A DNA stretch of 64,000 bases from Somniosus microcephalus (GCA_052327205.1 CM126206.1:285882001-285946000), one strand, 5' to 3'. Shown: positions 37,151 through 48,873, numbered from the stretch's first letter. The notes: generated by a model not told the origin, from the sequence alone. Numbers and translations: made by a program.

Positions 37151-37446
37151 GTAAGATGATTTAGTTTTTTGACTTGGGTGTCTGATGTGTGGTGTGACTA
37201 GTGATGGGTCAGCACAGTATCTTACTCAAATACTTGCAAATCCAGAGTTTCATTCTGCTGCTTGCTGATATGGGTCTATCACCGATATGATTCAGTCATC
37301 AATTGGGAAATACAGCTTGTAACTAGTGCTGAGAAGCATGCTATATGGAGAGGGAGGGCAATCATAAACTGCGTCTGTTCTGGTATTGTAGCAATCTTGG
37401 AATAGGTCTTCACGTAGAAATTGGTCCCTTCAGCTGTTGCTATGCT

Positions 37447-37603
37447 CAATGTTCCCTTCTAAGCTGTGCGGCCACGCAGCGCTCTGCAGGTCCCGCACAG
37501 CCGGCTTTTAAACAGAAAAACAGCGCGTGCGCGGAATTTTGAATGGCCCACGCAGCCCGTTACAGGGCCCGTGCGGGCCAAAACAAAATTAGAGGGAACA
37601 TTG
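37447..37603. mobile_element. hAT-like MITE
   Basis: TIR caatgttccct / agggaacattg; degenerate 8-bp TSD gctatgct/actgtgct; related pieces at ~5990-6053 and 6124-6280. Confidence 0.7.
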
Positions 37604-38238
37604 ACTGTGCTGCATACTATACTTATACTAGGTCAAACAAGACTGATCATTTGTGTTGAACCATCACTAGCATGAGGAATCCAATGTGTACGTCATTCAA
37701 TTATTCCACCATAGTTTGTATTGCTAGGAATACCTAAAGTAAAAGACGGAATGTAATCAAAATATACTTGAAATGCATTTTATCGTGATGCATAATTGAA
37801 GTAAGTTAACATTTAGTGCTTTTATTGTGTTTGTACAGTATGCAATGCCTAAAAGTGTTTTTGTGTTTGTGATTTTTTTTGGGGGAGAGTTGGAATGCAT
37901 TTTAATGTTATCTAAAATGTGTTCAGCATTACCCTGAATGTGTTTTGTTTCCTCCATTACCTCTTTGTGACTTTGCATTATGGTGTTGATGGCTGTAGAG
38001 TCTTTGCCAAGACATGCCATATTCTGTGATCCATACACCATATGTCACAACTGGTGTTCTTCTCCATTGAGCCATAACAACGCTCATCTGTAATCACTCT
38101 CATTCACAAGAGTGTCAGTCATTAAACACAGTACACATCAATGACCAGCTACCACTAAATGCTGTGCATGTGCATGCAGTTCACCCCAGGACTTGGGGAG
38201 AAGTAAAAAGCGTGCCCTTCTGTGTTCTCTGCTTACAG

Positions 38239-38417
38239 GAGCGTCTGTTAGCTTTGAAGCGCAGCATGACATTCATGCAGGAGATCGATTTTTCTCAGCA
38301 GGCAGCACTGTTAGGTGATGAAGATATAGCACAAGAGGAAACTGTTGCAGAAGTTACTGTTGTACCTGTCGAAACAACAACCAAGAAATCCAAGAAACAA
38401 AGTAAAGAGGTCATAAG
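38239..38417 (+). CDS. BRD9: BRD9 exon 7 (ERLLALKRSMTFMQEIDFSQQAALLGDED...SKEVIS); alternative internal acceptor at 38299
   Basis: Lies within ORF 38164..38421; ttacag acceptor, in-frame ttttctcag acceptor 60 nt downstream, gtaaat donor. Confidence 0.94.
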
Positions 38418-39219
38418 GTAAATTGAATTTCAATTTGAAATCCCTGCTCCTTTTCCAAAGCACCGCTTGAAAGTTTGTAAATGGGGTGGTGCATTTTAGA
38501 AGCAAGACAGGGATCCTTTAAGAGACCTCCGTTAGAAATATGCTGGATGAATGACAACGTTTGCTACTTTGGGAGCCACTGAGGTGAATCGAGTTCTGTT
38601 CGGAGTAGTTAAATTGCCAGTAGTGACTTTAGATATCTGCCATAATGTTATCCTACTGCAGTAGCCTTGTTTCAGAGCAGCCTGGTAGTATTGGAGGGCA
38701 TTTTGTTATAGAATCTGACTGTTCAGTGCATAAGGATGCCTTGCATATCCAACAAACTAATGATTCAAGGTTACGTGTGGTTTGTGGTCTTGAAATGTCT
38801 CTTCCTGGTGTGGCTTTCAGTGGCCTGGTCCAGTAGTGTCTATATTTTTCCTACTCCATCTCTCCAGAAACATTGACTCCTAGCTAGGATATAGTTGCAT
38901 GGTGCTGGTGGTCACCTTTGTCCAAGTGGCCTTTATTCTTGTGTGACATTGACAGTGAGTATCATTGTTTTTTTTTTTGATCCTGTTATCACACTGGATG
39001 ATTATAAGAACTGGAATCCTGGTTGATTCATTTTCCTTCCGTGACCCGCGAACACTTAAGCCAATTTAATCGCCCCTTCACTGTCCTGACTGGGATAAGT
39101 TAACTTGTCATAGACTGGGGACTCTACTTGGCCTTCCTGGTCTGTGTGACTCAGTTGTGTACTGGATAAACTTGCTGAGTCATTCAGAGTTGGCTTCTGT
39201 CCACATTTTGAGAGCCGAT

Positions 39220-39460
39220 AACATAGAAACATAGAAGATAGGAGCAGGAGTAGGCCATTCGGCCCCTTGAGCCTGTTCTGCCATTTAATGAGATCATCCC
39301 TTGATCCCTTTAGCCTTAAGAAATATATCTAACTCCTTCTTGAATATATTTAATAAGTTGGCCTCAACTGCCTTCTGTGGTAGAGAATTCCACAGGTTCA
39401 CCACTCTCTGGGTGAAGAAATTCCTCCTCCTCTCAGTCCTAAATGGCTTACCCCTTATCC
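39220..39460 (-). mobile_element. CR1 3' end (young subfamily, like 22645 and 45300-45605)
   Basis: catagaagataggagcaggagtaggccattcggcccc... Confidence 0.8.
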
Positions 39461-39614
39461 TAACAAAATTGTACTACCTCAGTTCTGCCATTAGAGACTA
39501 GGTAGTGGGTATGCGAACAATGTACTTATAGTTGCATATCATGGGTGTAATTAATTTACTACATTGCTCAGTTCCTGTCATCCAGCTTTACACAGATCAT
39601 TTTTCCTCTTTCAG

Positions 39615-39747
39615 TTACTTATATGAGCCAGAAGGGAACGCATGCAGTTCGACAGACAGTACAGCTGAGGAACATGTCCTAGCCTTGGTGGAACATGCGG
39701 CGGATGAAGCTCGAGATAGAATTAGCAGAAATGCTGCTAATAGCAAG
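39615..39747 (+). CDS. BRD9: BRD9 exon 8 (YLYEPEGNACSSTDSTAEEHVLALVEHAADEARDRISRNAANSK), DUF3512 region
   Basis: Homologous to human; tttcag acceptor, gtatat donor; 133 nt. Confidence 0.97.
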
Positions 39748-40729
39748 GTATATCAGTGAGGCAGTTGGATAATGTGTGTGTATGTAATATTAGCTCAGCT
39801 GTGAAATAAAAACGAAATGTATAGCAGTTGAGTCAGCGTTTCCTGTTCTGCAGGTTGGATGTGTATGTCCTTTGACTGGAGCGGTTTGTATTCATAAAAT
39901 CATTGAATTATACGGTGCAGAAAGAAGCCATTTGCCCCATAGCTTCTGTGCAGACTCTCAAAACAGCTATCCTTAGTCTCACTCCCCTGCCCTTTCCCCG
40001 TAACCGTTAAATTTCTCTCTTTTTTTCCCCCCAACTATTTATTCACTTCTCTTGTAAAAACTGCTATGGATTCTGCCTCTGCCATTATTAGGCGTTCCAT
40101 GTCTCGACAAACTTCTGCATAAAAACAATTCTCGTCTATCCCTTTGTTCTTTTGCTGAACTTAAATTCATGCCCTCTAGTTACCGACACACTGACCAGTG
40201 GAGATGTGTATCCCAGTTTACCTTATGCAACCCTTATATGGTGTATGATATTAATTTTAGGTTATCATCAGTGGATAGAACACAATTATTAGCTGCTCAT
40301 GTTGTAGGTGTGAATTACCAAAGAAACTTAACATTGAAATACGTGTGATACTGTTGAGTAATCTACATACGTATCATTGCAGTGTCTTCAAACATGGTTT
40401 TGAATAGTGAAGGCTGTAGATTGAAACTGTTGCTTGAACTATGTATAAAACAGTAATCCATTTTGTATGGAGTATATAACTATATTGAAGGACTTGGATG
40501 CCCAAATTCCAAGGAGCTGCTACTGTTGGCTAATCCTTTCAGGCTACCAACATGCAGAGTGTTGTTACTTACTGAGGCAAAAGCCTTTTTTTTAATAATT
40601 TAAGAAAAAACTTTGATTCCATAATGGATGGGTAGTTTTAGTTTGATTTTAAAATGTTATTTTTATTCTGACTGTAATTAGAAACTGTAAATTTGATCTA
40701 ACGCACAATTTAATTGTATTTTGTTGCAG

Positions 40730-40805
40730 ATTGGCTACCTCAAAAAGGAGGGTGAAGGTCCTCTGCTCTTTGCTGTTGTAAACCAGTCTGATCCAGAAAC
40801 GGAAG
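40730..40805 (+). CDS. BRD9: BRD9 exon 9 (IGYLKKEGEGPLLFAVVNQSDPETE), GC donor
   Basis: Homologous to human MGYLKRNGDGSLLYSVVNTAEPDAD; tgcag acceptor; the only phase-compatible donor before an in-frame stop is AAG|GCAAAT; 76 nt. Confidence 0.88.
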
Positions 40806-41454
40806 GCAAATTGACTTTAATCCTGATTATTTAAAAATATTCCGGGGGGTGAAATTGGTCTGCGCAGTAGCACGAGATAGGAGATACCGAATCGACAGCC
40901 TCTTTCACAATGCGCCATTTTCTTTTCAAAGTGACTATTCACATCACCATGTCAATCAATGGGTTTGAGCTGGGGTGGGATTTGTGGTTTTCATTTACTC
41001 ATAAACTACAGCAAACAGAGTCTCTGAACTCATGACCGAAACTACAGCAGAGTCTCACGAGTACAGCTGAATTATTTTTCCAGCAGAATGCAGTGAGCGG
41101 AGGATAGTTACATAATACAAATTATGTGCATAAAATCAATCCCATTCACTTGCAGCAGTGCGGTCTCCAAGCATGATTGACGGGAGAATTACCCAATCAT
41201 GTCCATTCTGGCCAGGACTTGTGCCATTATATGCAGCCTTTTTTTTCCCCCAGCTTCAGTCGGGTGCAGTGTAAAACTGGCTGCTGATTCACTGAGCACG
41301 TTTGGTGTTACTAACGCCGAACAATTTCATCACTCTATCTTCATGAAACTATTCATCTATGAGAATAATAGAATAATTTCATCTGTCCGTTACCTGATTT
41401 GATTGTACAACTAAGCATAGTGAAGTATTGGTCATCATATGGACCTCTCATGGA

Positions 41455-42680
41455 ATTGGGGGTAATACATTAGTATGGATTGAGGATTGGTTAACAGACA
41501 GAAAACAATGAGTAGGAATAAATGGGGCATTTTCACAATGGCAGGGTGTAACTAGTGGAGAGCGCAAAGATCAGTGCTTGGGCCTCAGCTATTTACAATC
41601 TATCTATATCAATAACTTAGATGAGGGGACCGAGTGTAATATATCCAAGTTTGCTGACGCTACAAAGCTAGGTGGGAAAGTAAGCTGTGAGGAGGACGTG
41701 ATGAGGCTGCAAAGGGATATAGACCTGTTAAGTGATTGGGCAAGAACATGGGAGATGGAGTATAATGTGGGGAAGTGTGAAATTATCCGCTTTGGTCAGA
41801 AGAACGGAAAAGCAAAATATCTTTTAAATGGTGCGAGACTAGTAAATGTTGGTATTCAGAGGGATTTGGGTGTCCTTATACACGAATCACAGAAATTTAG
41901 CATACAGCAAGCAATTAGGAAGGCGAATGGTATGTTAGCCTTTACTGCAAGGGGGTTGGAGTATAAGAGTAAGGAAGTCTTGCTGCAATTATATAAAGCT
42001 TTAGATGAGACCACACCTGGAGTACTGTGCACAGTTTTGCTCTCCTTACTTAAGGAAGGATATACTTGCCTTCGAGGGAGTGTAAAGAAGGTTCATTAGA
42101 TTGATTCCTGGGATGAGAAGGATGCCCTCTGAAGAGAGATTGAGTAGAATGGACCTATATTCTCTGGAGTGTAGAAGAATGAGAGGTGATCTCATTGAAA
42201 CATATAAAATTCTTCAAGGGCTTGACAGAGTAGATGCAGAAAGGCTGTTTCCCCTGGCTGGAGAGTCTAGAATTAGGGTTCATAGTCTCAGGATAAAGGG
42301 GCAGCCATTTAGGACTGAGATGAGGAGAAATTTCTTCACTCAGGGTTGTGAATCTTTGGAATACTTTACCCCAGAGGGCTGTGGATGCTCAGTCGTTGAG
42401 TATATTCAAGAATGAGATCAATAGATTTTTGGGCACTAAGGGAATCAAGGGATATGGGGATAGGGCAGGAAGGTGGAGTTGATTTAGAAGTTCAGCCTTG
42501 ATCTTATTCAATTCAATTCAATTCAATTTTATTTGCCATATGTAACCAGTACGAGTATAATTACAATGGAATGCTTACTCCCCGTAGGGACACGTCAGCT
42601 ATTCATACAGCGCCGTTGAATGGCGGAGCAGGCTCGATGGGCCGTATGGCCGACTGCTGTTCCTATTTCTTCTGTTCTAC
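41455..42680 (+). mobile_element. CR1 LINE 3' part (RT), frameshifted
   Basis: ORFs 41578 and 42101: ISKFADATKLGG, YNVGKCE, RRMRGDLIETYKIL. Confidence 0.92.
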
Positions 42681-43034
42681 CAAAATGTAGTGAAAAAGAT
42701 TCTTTTAGGTTTTCAGATGACGACAGTTTAATAAAACTTTCTACTCATTAAATCAGATGACAAAAATAAGCAGGTAGTCCTACCTGCTAAGCTATTTTAA
42801 CCATAACCGAGTCAAGTGCTAACGTGTTTGACAACTATCACAGTAAAAATGCTACTCCAGGTCAACCACAGTCAGCTTGCATTAGGGGAAATCAACATGG
42901 AGTTTATGTGGACATACATTTGTTTGCAGTAAATATATGTTGACATGAGAAACGCTAATAGCTGTGCAGATTTGTCACTTGCAATCTTGTATCTGGTTTG
43001 AATATATATTTAGACTTCTATGTTGGCATTGCAG

Positions 43035-43139
43035 AGGAAGAGGTTCACCAAGTCGATCTAAGTTCCCTTACAACTAAACTCCAACCTGGTATCAATACTA
43101 TGGGATTTAAAGATGACAGGAGAAACAAAGCTTTATCGG
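43035..43139 (+). CDS. BRD9: BRD9 exon 10 (EEVHQVDLSSLTTKLQPGINTMGFKDDRRNKALS)
   Basis: Homologous to human EETHPVDLSSLSSKLLPGFTTLGFKDERRNK; tgcag acceptor, gtaaga donor at 43140; 105 nt. Confidence 0.93.
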
Positions 43140-43845
43140 GTAAGACTTGCTCTACTTCTCCAGGCCGAACTTTGTTTTTTGAGTAGGAATCTATATTGCT
43201 TGAGTCTTTATTGAAATTTGTGGTTTAATTAGACTTTTTGCAATTCAAGCCCTAGTTCAGTAAATACAATGCCAATGTTCGGTTTTAGTGGTCAGTATGA
43301 TCAACATTCTTCCTGTTATCCATATCCCTTACAATAATGTCTATATCCAGTCAGTCTGCAAGTATTACACCTAGTGTCACTTTCGTTGCTCATCAGTAAC
43401 CCTTCTGTATTGTGCTGGTGCAGTTAGTATATTGTCATCATATAACTACATTTTCATGTGCCAAATTGTTTTTGTCTTTCATGATGTGCCACAGATGCTA
43501 AACTTCTTTAATATTCTTTGCTTTCTTATCCTATCTTGTGACTTTCCATTAAACATTAAATCAACATCTTGAGAAAATTGAGAATGGGGAGGAAAAAACT
43601 ACAAATTTTTTTTTTGGGGGGGGGGAATATCTCTTATTACATAACATGTTTTAAGAAGTTTGATTGGAAACGTGCTTGGATTAATTCTTGAACTTCTATG
43701 AAACCTAATCAGATTATTACGTAAATTGAATCTGACTCGACGACGTGCTTGAATCTGTCAGACCCAATACCCATTCTTCTCTTGTTTAAAATGAAACATG
43801 CGTTGGATGTAAAAGCATTTAGAAGCCTTTCTTTACCCATTGCAG

Positions 43846-43978
43846 TTACTTATCTGAACTGTGTGTATACAGCACAGTCCATCCAAAACAACACCATCTT
43901 CCCTAACCTTACCCAAGAGGAGACGGAGCTGCTGTATTCTACATATGGAGAAGAGACTGGGGTGCAGTGTGCCATAAG
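43846..43978 (+). CDS. BRD9: BRD9 exon 11 (VTYLNCVYTAQSIQNNTIFPNLTQEETELLYSTYGEETGVQCAIS)
   Basis: Homologous to human; tgcag acceptor, gtaacc donor; 133 nt. Confidence 0.96.
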
Positions 43979-44045
43979 GTAACCCCCTTTATTAATTTGT
44001 ACTCCAGAGAAAGCCTTGGATTTTAGTATTGAAGGGAGAACAATA

Positions 44046-44350
44046 CAGGAAACTTTCTGGTATCCGGCACGGACAGGACCGACGTGGTGCCGGTTCAGCA
44101 ACAATTCCGGATAACTGAACGCTATAGTGAAAGATACGGACCTTAGAGCTCCCTATGAAGCAACAAACCCTGTTAGAACGCCCACAAGTTGCAAGCGTCT
44201 CTGTAGCTTAGCAACAGCTGCAGCCAAACCCTTGCCTTCCTCAATTTGTTGCTGTGCAAGTAATAAAAGTTAGCTGAAACCGACTCCTGAATTTTGCCAG
44301 TTAACTGACATTTCTGGTTATTTAGGGGCCGGTTAATCAAAAGTTTCCTG
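44046..44350. mobile_element. Tigger-like MITE, family A
   Basis: TA-caggaaactttc ... aaagtttcctg-TA; collinear with the 11051 copy. Confidence 0.85.
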
Positions 44351-44899
44351 TACTTGCATCCAACTGGTTTTGATTTTCCCAAAAAAATAGTTTGAATTTG
44401 CCTGCAAGTGTATACTGGTACAGTGCTGTCAATCATGCCATGTCTGTATTGTATTCTACATACCCTTGCAGCAATGCAGAACCATCTTGATGCTCAGTGG
44501 CATCTTTTATGACTCCAAATATCATGGTAATTTCATGTGCAGTAAGAAGTTACCATGAAAAGAAATGGCTGCTAAATGACTTGACTATAGCAACGTCAAC
44601 TTTCCCTGCGCAGCGTTGAAAGCTTTTTAAAAATCGCACTTCTTTTTCCTGCAGAGGCAAATACATTTCTTTCGAAGGACTTTTGAATGCTAATGGAAAG
44701 AGGATTAAATAAAGCTAACATTTTTATTGCTCAGGAATATTAGTAAAGGATTATCTGCTCGCATGTACTCATCTTAATTCCCCTTAAATACATCTTTGCT
44801 ATTTGCCTCAACTACTCCATGTGGTAGCAAGTTCCACATTCTAACCACTCTGATAGCACTAAATCACCTGACAGTGCAAAATAGAGATGTAGGAAATGT

Positions 44900-44914
44900 C
44901 CACCAGATGGCAGC
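44900..44914 (+). promoter_or_regulatory. CTCF consensus motif
   Basis: CCACCAGATGGCAGC matches CCASYAGRKGGCRSY. Confidence 0.5.
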
Positions 44915-44989
44915 ATACCATTCTAGAAAAGGAACTCAACTTTTAACTGTTAGAAATGTTGGATATAAATGTGCTAGTAATTACTAATT

Positions 44990-45605
44990 TGAGAGGGTTC
45001 GAGTACAGGAACATGGATGTCTTTCTGCAGTTGTACAGGGCCTTGGTGAGACCACACCTTGAGTATTGTGTGCAGTTTTGGTCGCCTTATCTGAGGAAGG
45101 ATGTTTTTGCCATGGAGAGAGTGCAGCGAAGATTCACCAGACTGATACCTGGGATGGCAGGAATGACGTATGAGGAGAGATTGGGTCGATTGGGCTTATA
45201 CTCGCTGGAGTTTAGAAGAATGAGAGGGGATCTCATTGAAACTTATAAAATTCTAACAGGACTAGACAGACTAGATGCAGGAAGGATGTTCCCGATGGTC
45301 GGGTAGTCCAGAACCAGGGGTCACAGTCTAAGAATAAGGGGTAAGCCATTTAGGGCAGAGATGAGGAGGAATTTCTTTACCCAGAGAGTGGTGAACCTGT
45401 GGAATTCTCTACCACAGAAGGCAGTTGAGGCCAATTCATTAAATATATTCAAGAAGGAGTTAGATATATTTCTTAAGGCTAAAGGGATATGGGGAGAAGG
45501 CAGGGACAGGGTACTGAGTTTGGATGATCAGCCATGATCTCATTGAATGGCGGAGCGGGCTCGAGGGGCCGAATGGCCTAGTCCTGCTCCTATCTTCTAT
45601 GTTTT
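44990..45605 (+). mobile_element. CR1 3' part, well preserved
   Basis: ORF 44956: LYRALVRPHLEYCVQFWSPYLRKD...RRMRGDLIETYKIL. Confidence 0.92.
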
Positions 45606-45832
45606 CCCTTGCCGCAAAAAAATTATATGGAAATTTTTTTTTTTTTTTTTTTTTTTAAGTACTTGTTTGCGACATCAGTTCGCCATCACTTTTAGACCAA
45701 AAATCTTTTTGTTGTGTAATTAAATTGTAACGTTTTTTCTTTCAAGCGGTTGCATGAAACTTTGCAAGAAATATTTTGAAAATGCAAAGCCTTTGCGTGG
45801 TGTATTTTTTTAAATGTATATTTTCTCTGCAG

Positions 45833-45944
45833 TTTACAAGAGTTTGTTAAAGACTGTGGGAGCTCCACAAAGAAAATGGTGGATGACTTGTTGAATCAAA
45901 TGACGGCAGGGGAACATGCCAAAGCTGTCTATCATTTATCACAG
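45833..45944 (+). CDS. BRD9: BRD9 exon 12 (LQEFVKDCGSSTKKMVDDLLNQMTAGEHAKAVYHLSQ)
   Basis: Matches human LQEFVKDAGSYSKKVVDDLLDQITGGDH; ctgcag acceptor, gtaaga donor; 112 nt. Confidence 0.96.
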
Positions 45945-46080
45945 GTAAGAGCATTTTTGCCTGGCTGTAATGAACATTGATGACACTTCGGTTACTGCAG
46001 ATTATCCCAATGTGAGCCTCTGCTTTCAGGGGAGGATGGGGTGAGGAGGGGGAGAAACTAGTTAGTCAATCAATACTTCA

Positions 46081-46173
46081 GAATAAAAACAAAAAATGCT
46101 AGAAATACTCAGCAAGTCAGGCAGCATCTGTGGAGAGAGAAACAGAGTTAACATTTCAGGTTGTTGACCTTCA
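46081..46173 (-). mobile_element. Penelope pLTR fragment
   Basis: aaatactcagcaagtcaggcagcatctgtggagagagaaacagagttaacatttcagg...ccttca. Confidence 0.75.
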
Positions 46174-47081
46174 ACTCCTGGGAGTAAGGGACGTTGAAGG
46201 AAGATGTACAACAGTGTAATCTGTTGATTTAGTAAGATATTAGAATACCTACAGTTCTAACACAGCCCCAGGGTAGTTTCAAATTCCATAAACCAACTTG
46301 ACCATTCAAGTTCAAGCTAAATCTACAATCGCACCTGTGATTGAGTATCGCAGAGTCTGTTTTAACTTGATGGTAATCCAGTGCCTACTTCAGTGAAGTC
46401 CAGGGGATTCCGAGTGAAACTGAATTATTTGCCAGTTGCCCTCAATAATCATACTTTTTTTTAAAAACAGAAATAACGAACATGAAAATTGTCCCTACAT
46501 CAGAACCGTTTCAATGTATTTTTAAAAAAAACTGTATAATCTATTAAGAGGTTGGGGTAGGGATATTGTACTGCTATGTTGGTTTGAAAAGGTCAGAAAT
46601 ATAAGATTGTCACTAATAAATCTGAAACTTCTTTACCCAGAGAGTGGTTAGAATGTGGAAATTGCTACCACATGGAGTAGTTGAGGCAAATAGCATAGAT
46701 GCATTTAAGGGGACTCTAGATAAGTACATACAGGAGAACACTGATTCTTTCCACGGTGTTCTGGTCCCTCTGCGGATGGGAGGGAGGAGAGCAAATCGAG
46801 GTAGGAGAGGGGAGCATGGGCGAAGGGGGAGTAGAGGGGATTGAAGCGGGGAGAAGGTCAGGAGCTTGGGGCTGAGGGGAGAACGTGATCTGGGTCTAAA
46901 GGAGATGGTGGGGGAGGGCGATTGAGAGGAGGAATGTGATCCAGGTGCAAAGATAGATCACGTGTCCCCCCCCCCCCCCCCCGCTGTTAGGCCTGGATCA
47001 CGTATACTTCCACCCTACCCCCTTTACACCTGCACCACGTTCTCTCTATTTCCCCCACCCCCCCACCAAGACCGCAGGGAT

Positions 47082-48010
47082 GGGAGGAGAGGGGACCGAG
47101 GGTTGGAGGGAGGAGAGGGGACCGAGGGTTGGAGGGAGGAGAGGGGACCGAGGGTTGGAGGGAGGAGAGGGGACCGAGGGTTGGAGGGAGGAGAGGGGAC
47201 CGAGGGTTGGAGGGAGGAGAGGGGACCGAGGGTTGGAGGGAGGAGAGGGGACCGAGGGTTGGAGGGAGGAGAGGGGACCGAGGGTTGGAGGGAGGAGAGG
47301 GGACCGAGGGTTGGAGGGAGGAGAGGGGACCGAGGGTTGGAGGGAGGAGAGGGGACCGAGGGTTGGAGGGAGGAGAGGGGACCGAGGGTTGGAGGGAGGA
47401 GAGGGGACCGAGGGTTGGAGGGAGGCGAGGGGACCGAGGGTTGGAGGGAGGAGAGGGGACCGAGGGTTGGAGGGAGGAGAGGGGACCGAGGGTTGGAGGG
47501 AGGCGAGGGGACCGAGGGTTGGAGGGAGGCGAGGGGACCGAGGGTTGGAGGGAGGCGAGGGGACCGAGGGTTGGAGGGAGGCGAGGGGACCGAGGGTTGG
47601 AGGGAGGCGAGGGGACCGAGGGTTGGAGGGAGGCGAGGGGACCGAGGGTTGGAGGGAGGCGAGGGGACCGAGGGTTGGAGGGAGGCGAGGGGACCGAGGG
47701 TTGGAGGGAGGCGAGGGGACCGAGGGTTGGAGGGAGGCGAGGGGACCGAGGGTTGGAGGGAGGCGAGGGGACCGAGGGTTGGAGGGAGGCGAGGGGACCG
47801 AGGGTTGGAGGGAGGCGAGGGGACCGAGGGTTGGAGGGAGGCGAGGGGACCGAGGGTTGGAGGGAGGCGAGGGGACCGGGCCGAGGGTTGGAGGGAGGGG
47901 AAGGGAGGGGACCGGGCCGAGGGTTGGAGGGGGGCGAGGGGACCGGGCCGAGGGTTGGAGGGAGGGGAAGGGAGGGGACCGGGCCGAGGGTTGGAGGGGG
48001 GAAGAGAGGA
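47082..48010 (+). repeat. 26-bp G-rich minisatellite (accgagggttggagggagg[a/c]gagggg), ~31 regular units to ~47877 plus degenerate units
   Basis: Directly visible; explains the 300-390 aa repetitive ORFs at 46962-48258. Confidence 0.97.
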
Positions 48011-48816
48011 TCGAGGGCGGCGGGGGGGGGGGAAGGTCAGGAGCTTTTTTTGTGTGGGGGGGGGGTGGAGAATGTGATCCAGGTGCAAAAATAGATCATG
48101 TTTTCCCGCCCTCTGTTAGGCCTGAATCATGTTCCACCCTACACCCTTTACACCTGCACCACGTTCTCGCTCTCCTTTTGTTCCTGCTAAGCTACACGAC
48201 CATGCTGTCTGGAGGTCCCATGCAGGCCGCTTACCGGCTTTTGAAGGGGAAATTTTGAACATGCGCAAAATTTTGAATGGGCCTCGCAGCCTGTTAATGG
48301 GACTGTGCTCTCAAAAAAAAAAAAAAAAAAAAAAAAATGAGGGAGAACATTTATCCACCAACACCTTGATTGTAAAATTCTCATCCTCATGTTGAAATCC
48401 CTCCATGTCCTCACCTCTTCCTATCTGAACTCAGCAGTGTGAATGCTCCTAACCTGGGAGAGTGAGCCCTGTCTATTCTCTGAAAGCAGTAGTGTTAGCA
48501 CTGTGAACTCTCGAGCCTGGCTGTCACAATGAATGGATCAAATTACACATTACAAAGATCCTGATTACTCTCCAGCAGGCAGGATCAAATTACACATTCC
48601 AGACAAACTGTTGGGTGTGTCTGAAGGGGGCCAATCAGAAATTTGGTGTTGCAAATAGACACGATAGAAGGCTATGCTGATAGGGTTAGATGGAGTGGGG
48701 TGGGAGGAGGCTCCTCCTCAACACTGACATAGACCAGTTGGGCTGAATGGCCTGTTTCTGTGCTGTAAATTCTATGTACAGTAATTGTTTTACAACATTT
48801 GTACCTTTTCTTTCAG

Positions 48817-48873
48817 AAAAGAAATATTGAACAAAAGGCAAGTAAAGATATCAATATGAGTCTTGAAGTGCAG
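48817..48873 (+). CDS. BRD9: BRD9 exon 13 (KRNIEQKASKDINMSLEVQ)
   Basis: Strong ttttctttcag acceptor and CAG|gtgagg donor; phase 0/0; begins like human RRNV; 57 nt. Confidence 0.8.

Noticed and set aside
41578-42415. Reverse-transcriptase-like ORFs as functional genes
   Set aside because: Frameshifted, 5'-truncated CR1 copy with a mutated catalytic motif (FADA).
47082-47877. Regular repeat array as a possible CRISPR
   Set aside because: Head-to-tail units with no unique spacers, in eukaryotic intronic context with no cas genes.
46962-48258. Four 320-390 aa ORFs (G/E/R-rich or P/S-rich)
   Set aside because: They are translations of the stop-free 26-bp minisatellite, open in several frames and on both strands; not a gene.
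48535-48598. 17-bp direct repeat ggatcaaattacacatt
   Set aside because: Small local duplication with no supporting structure.
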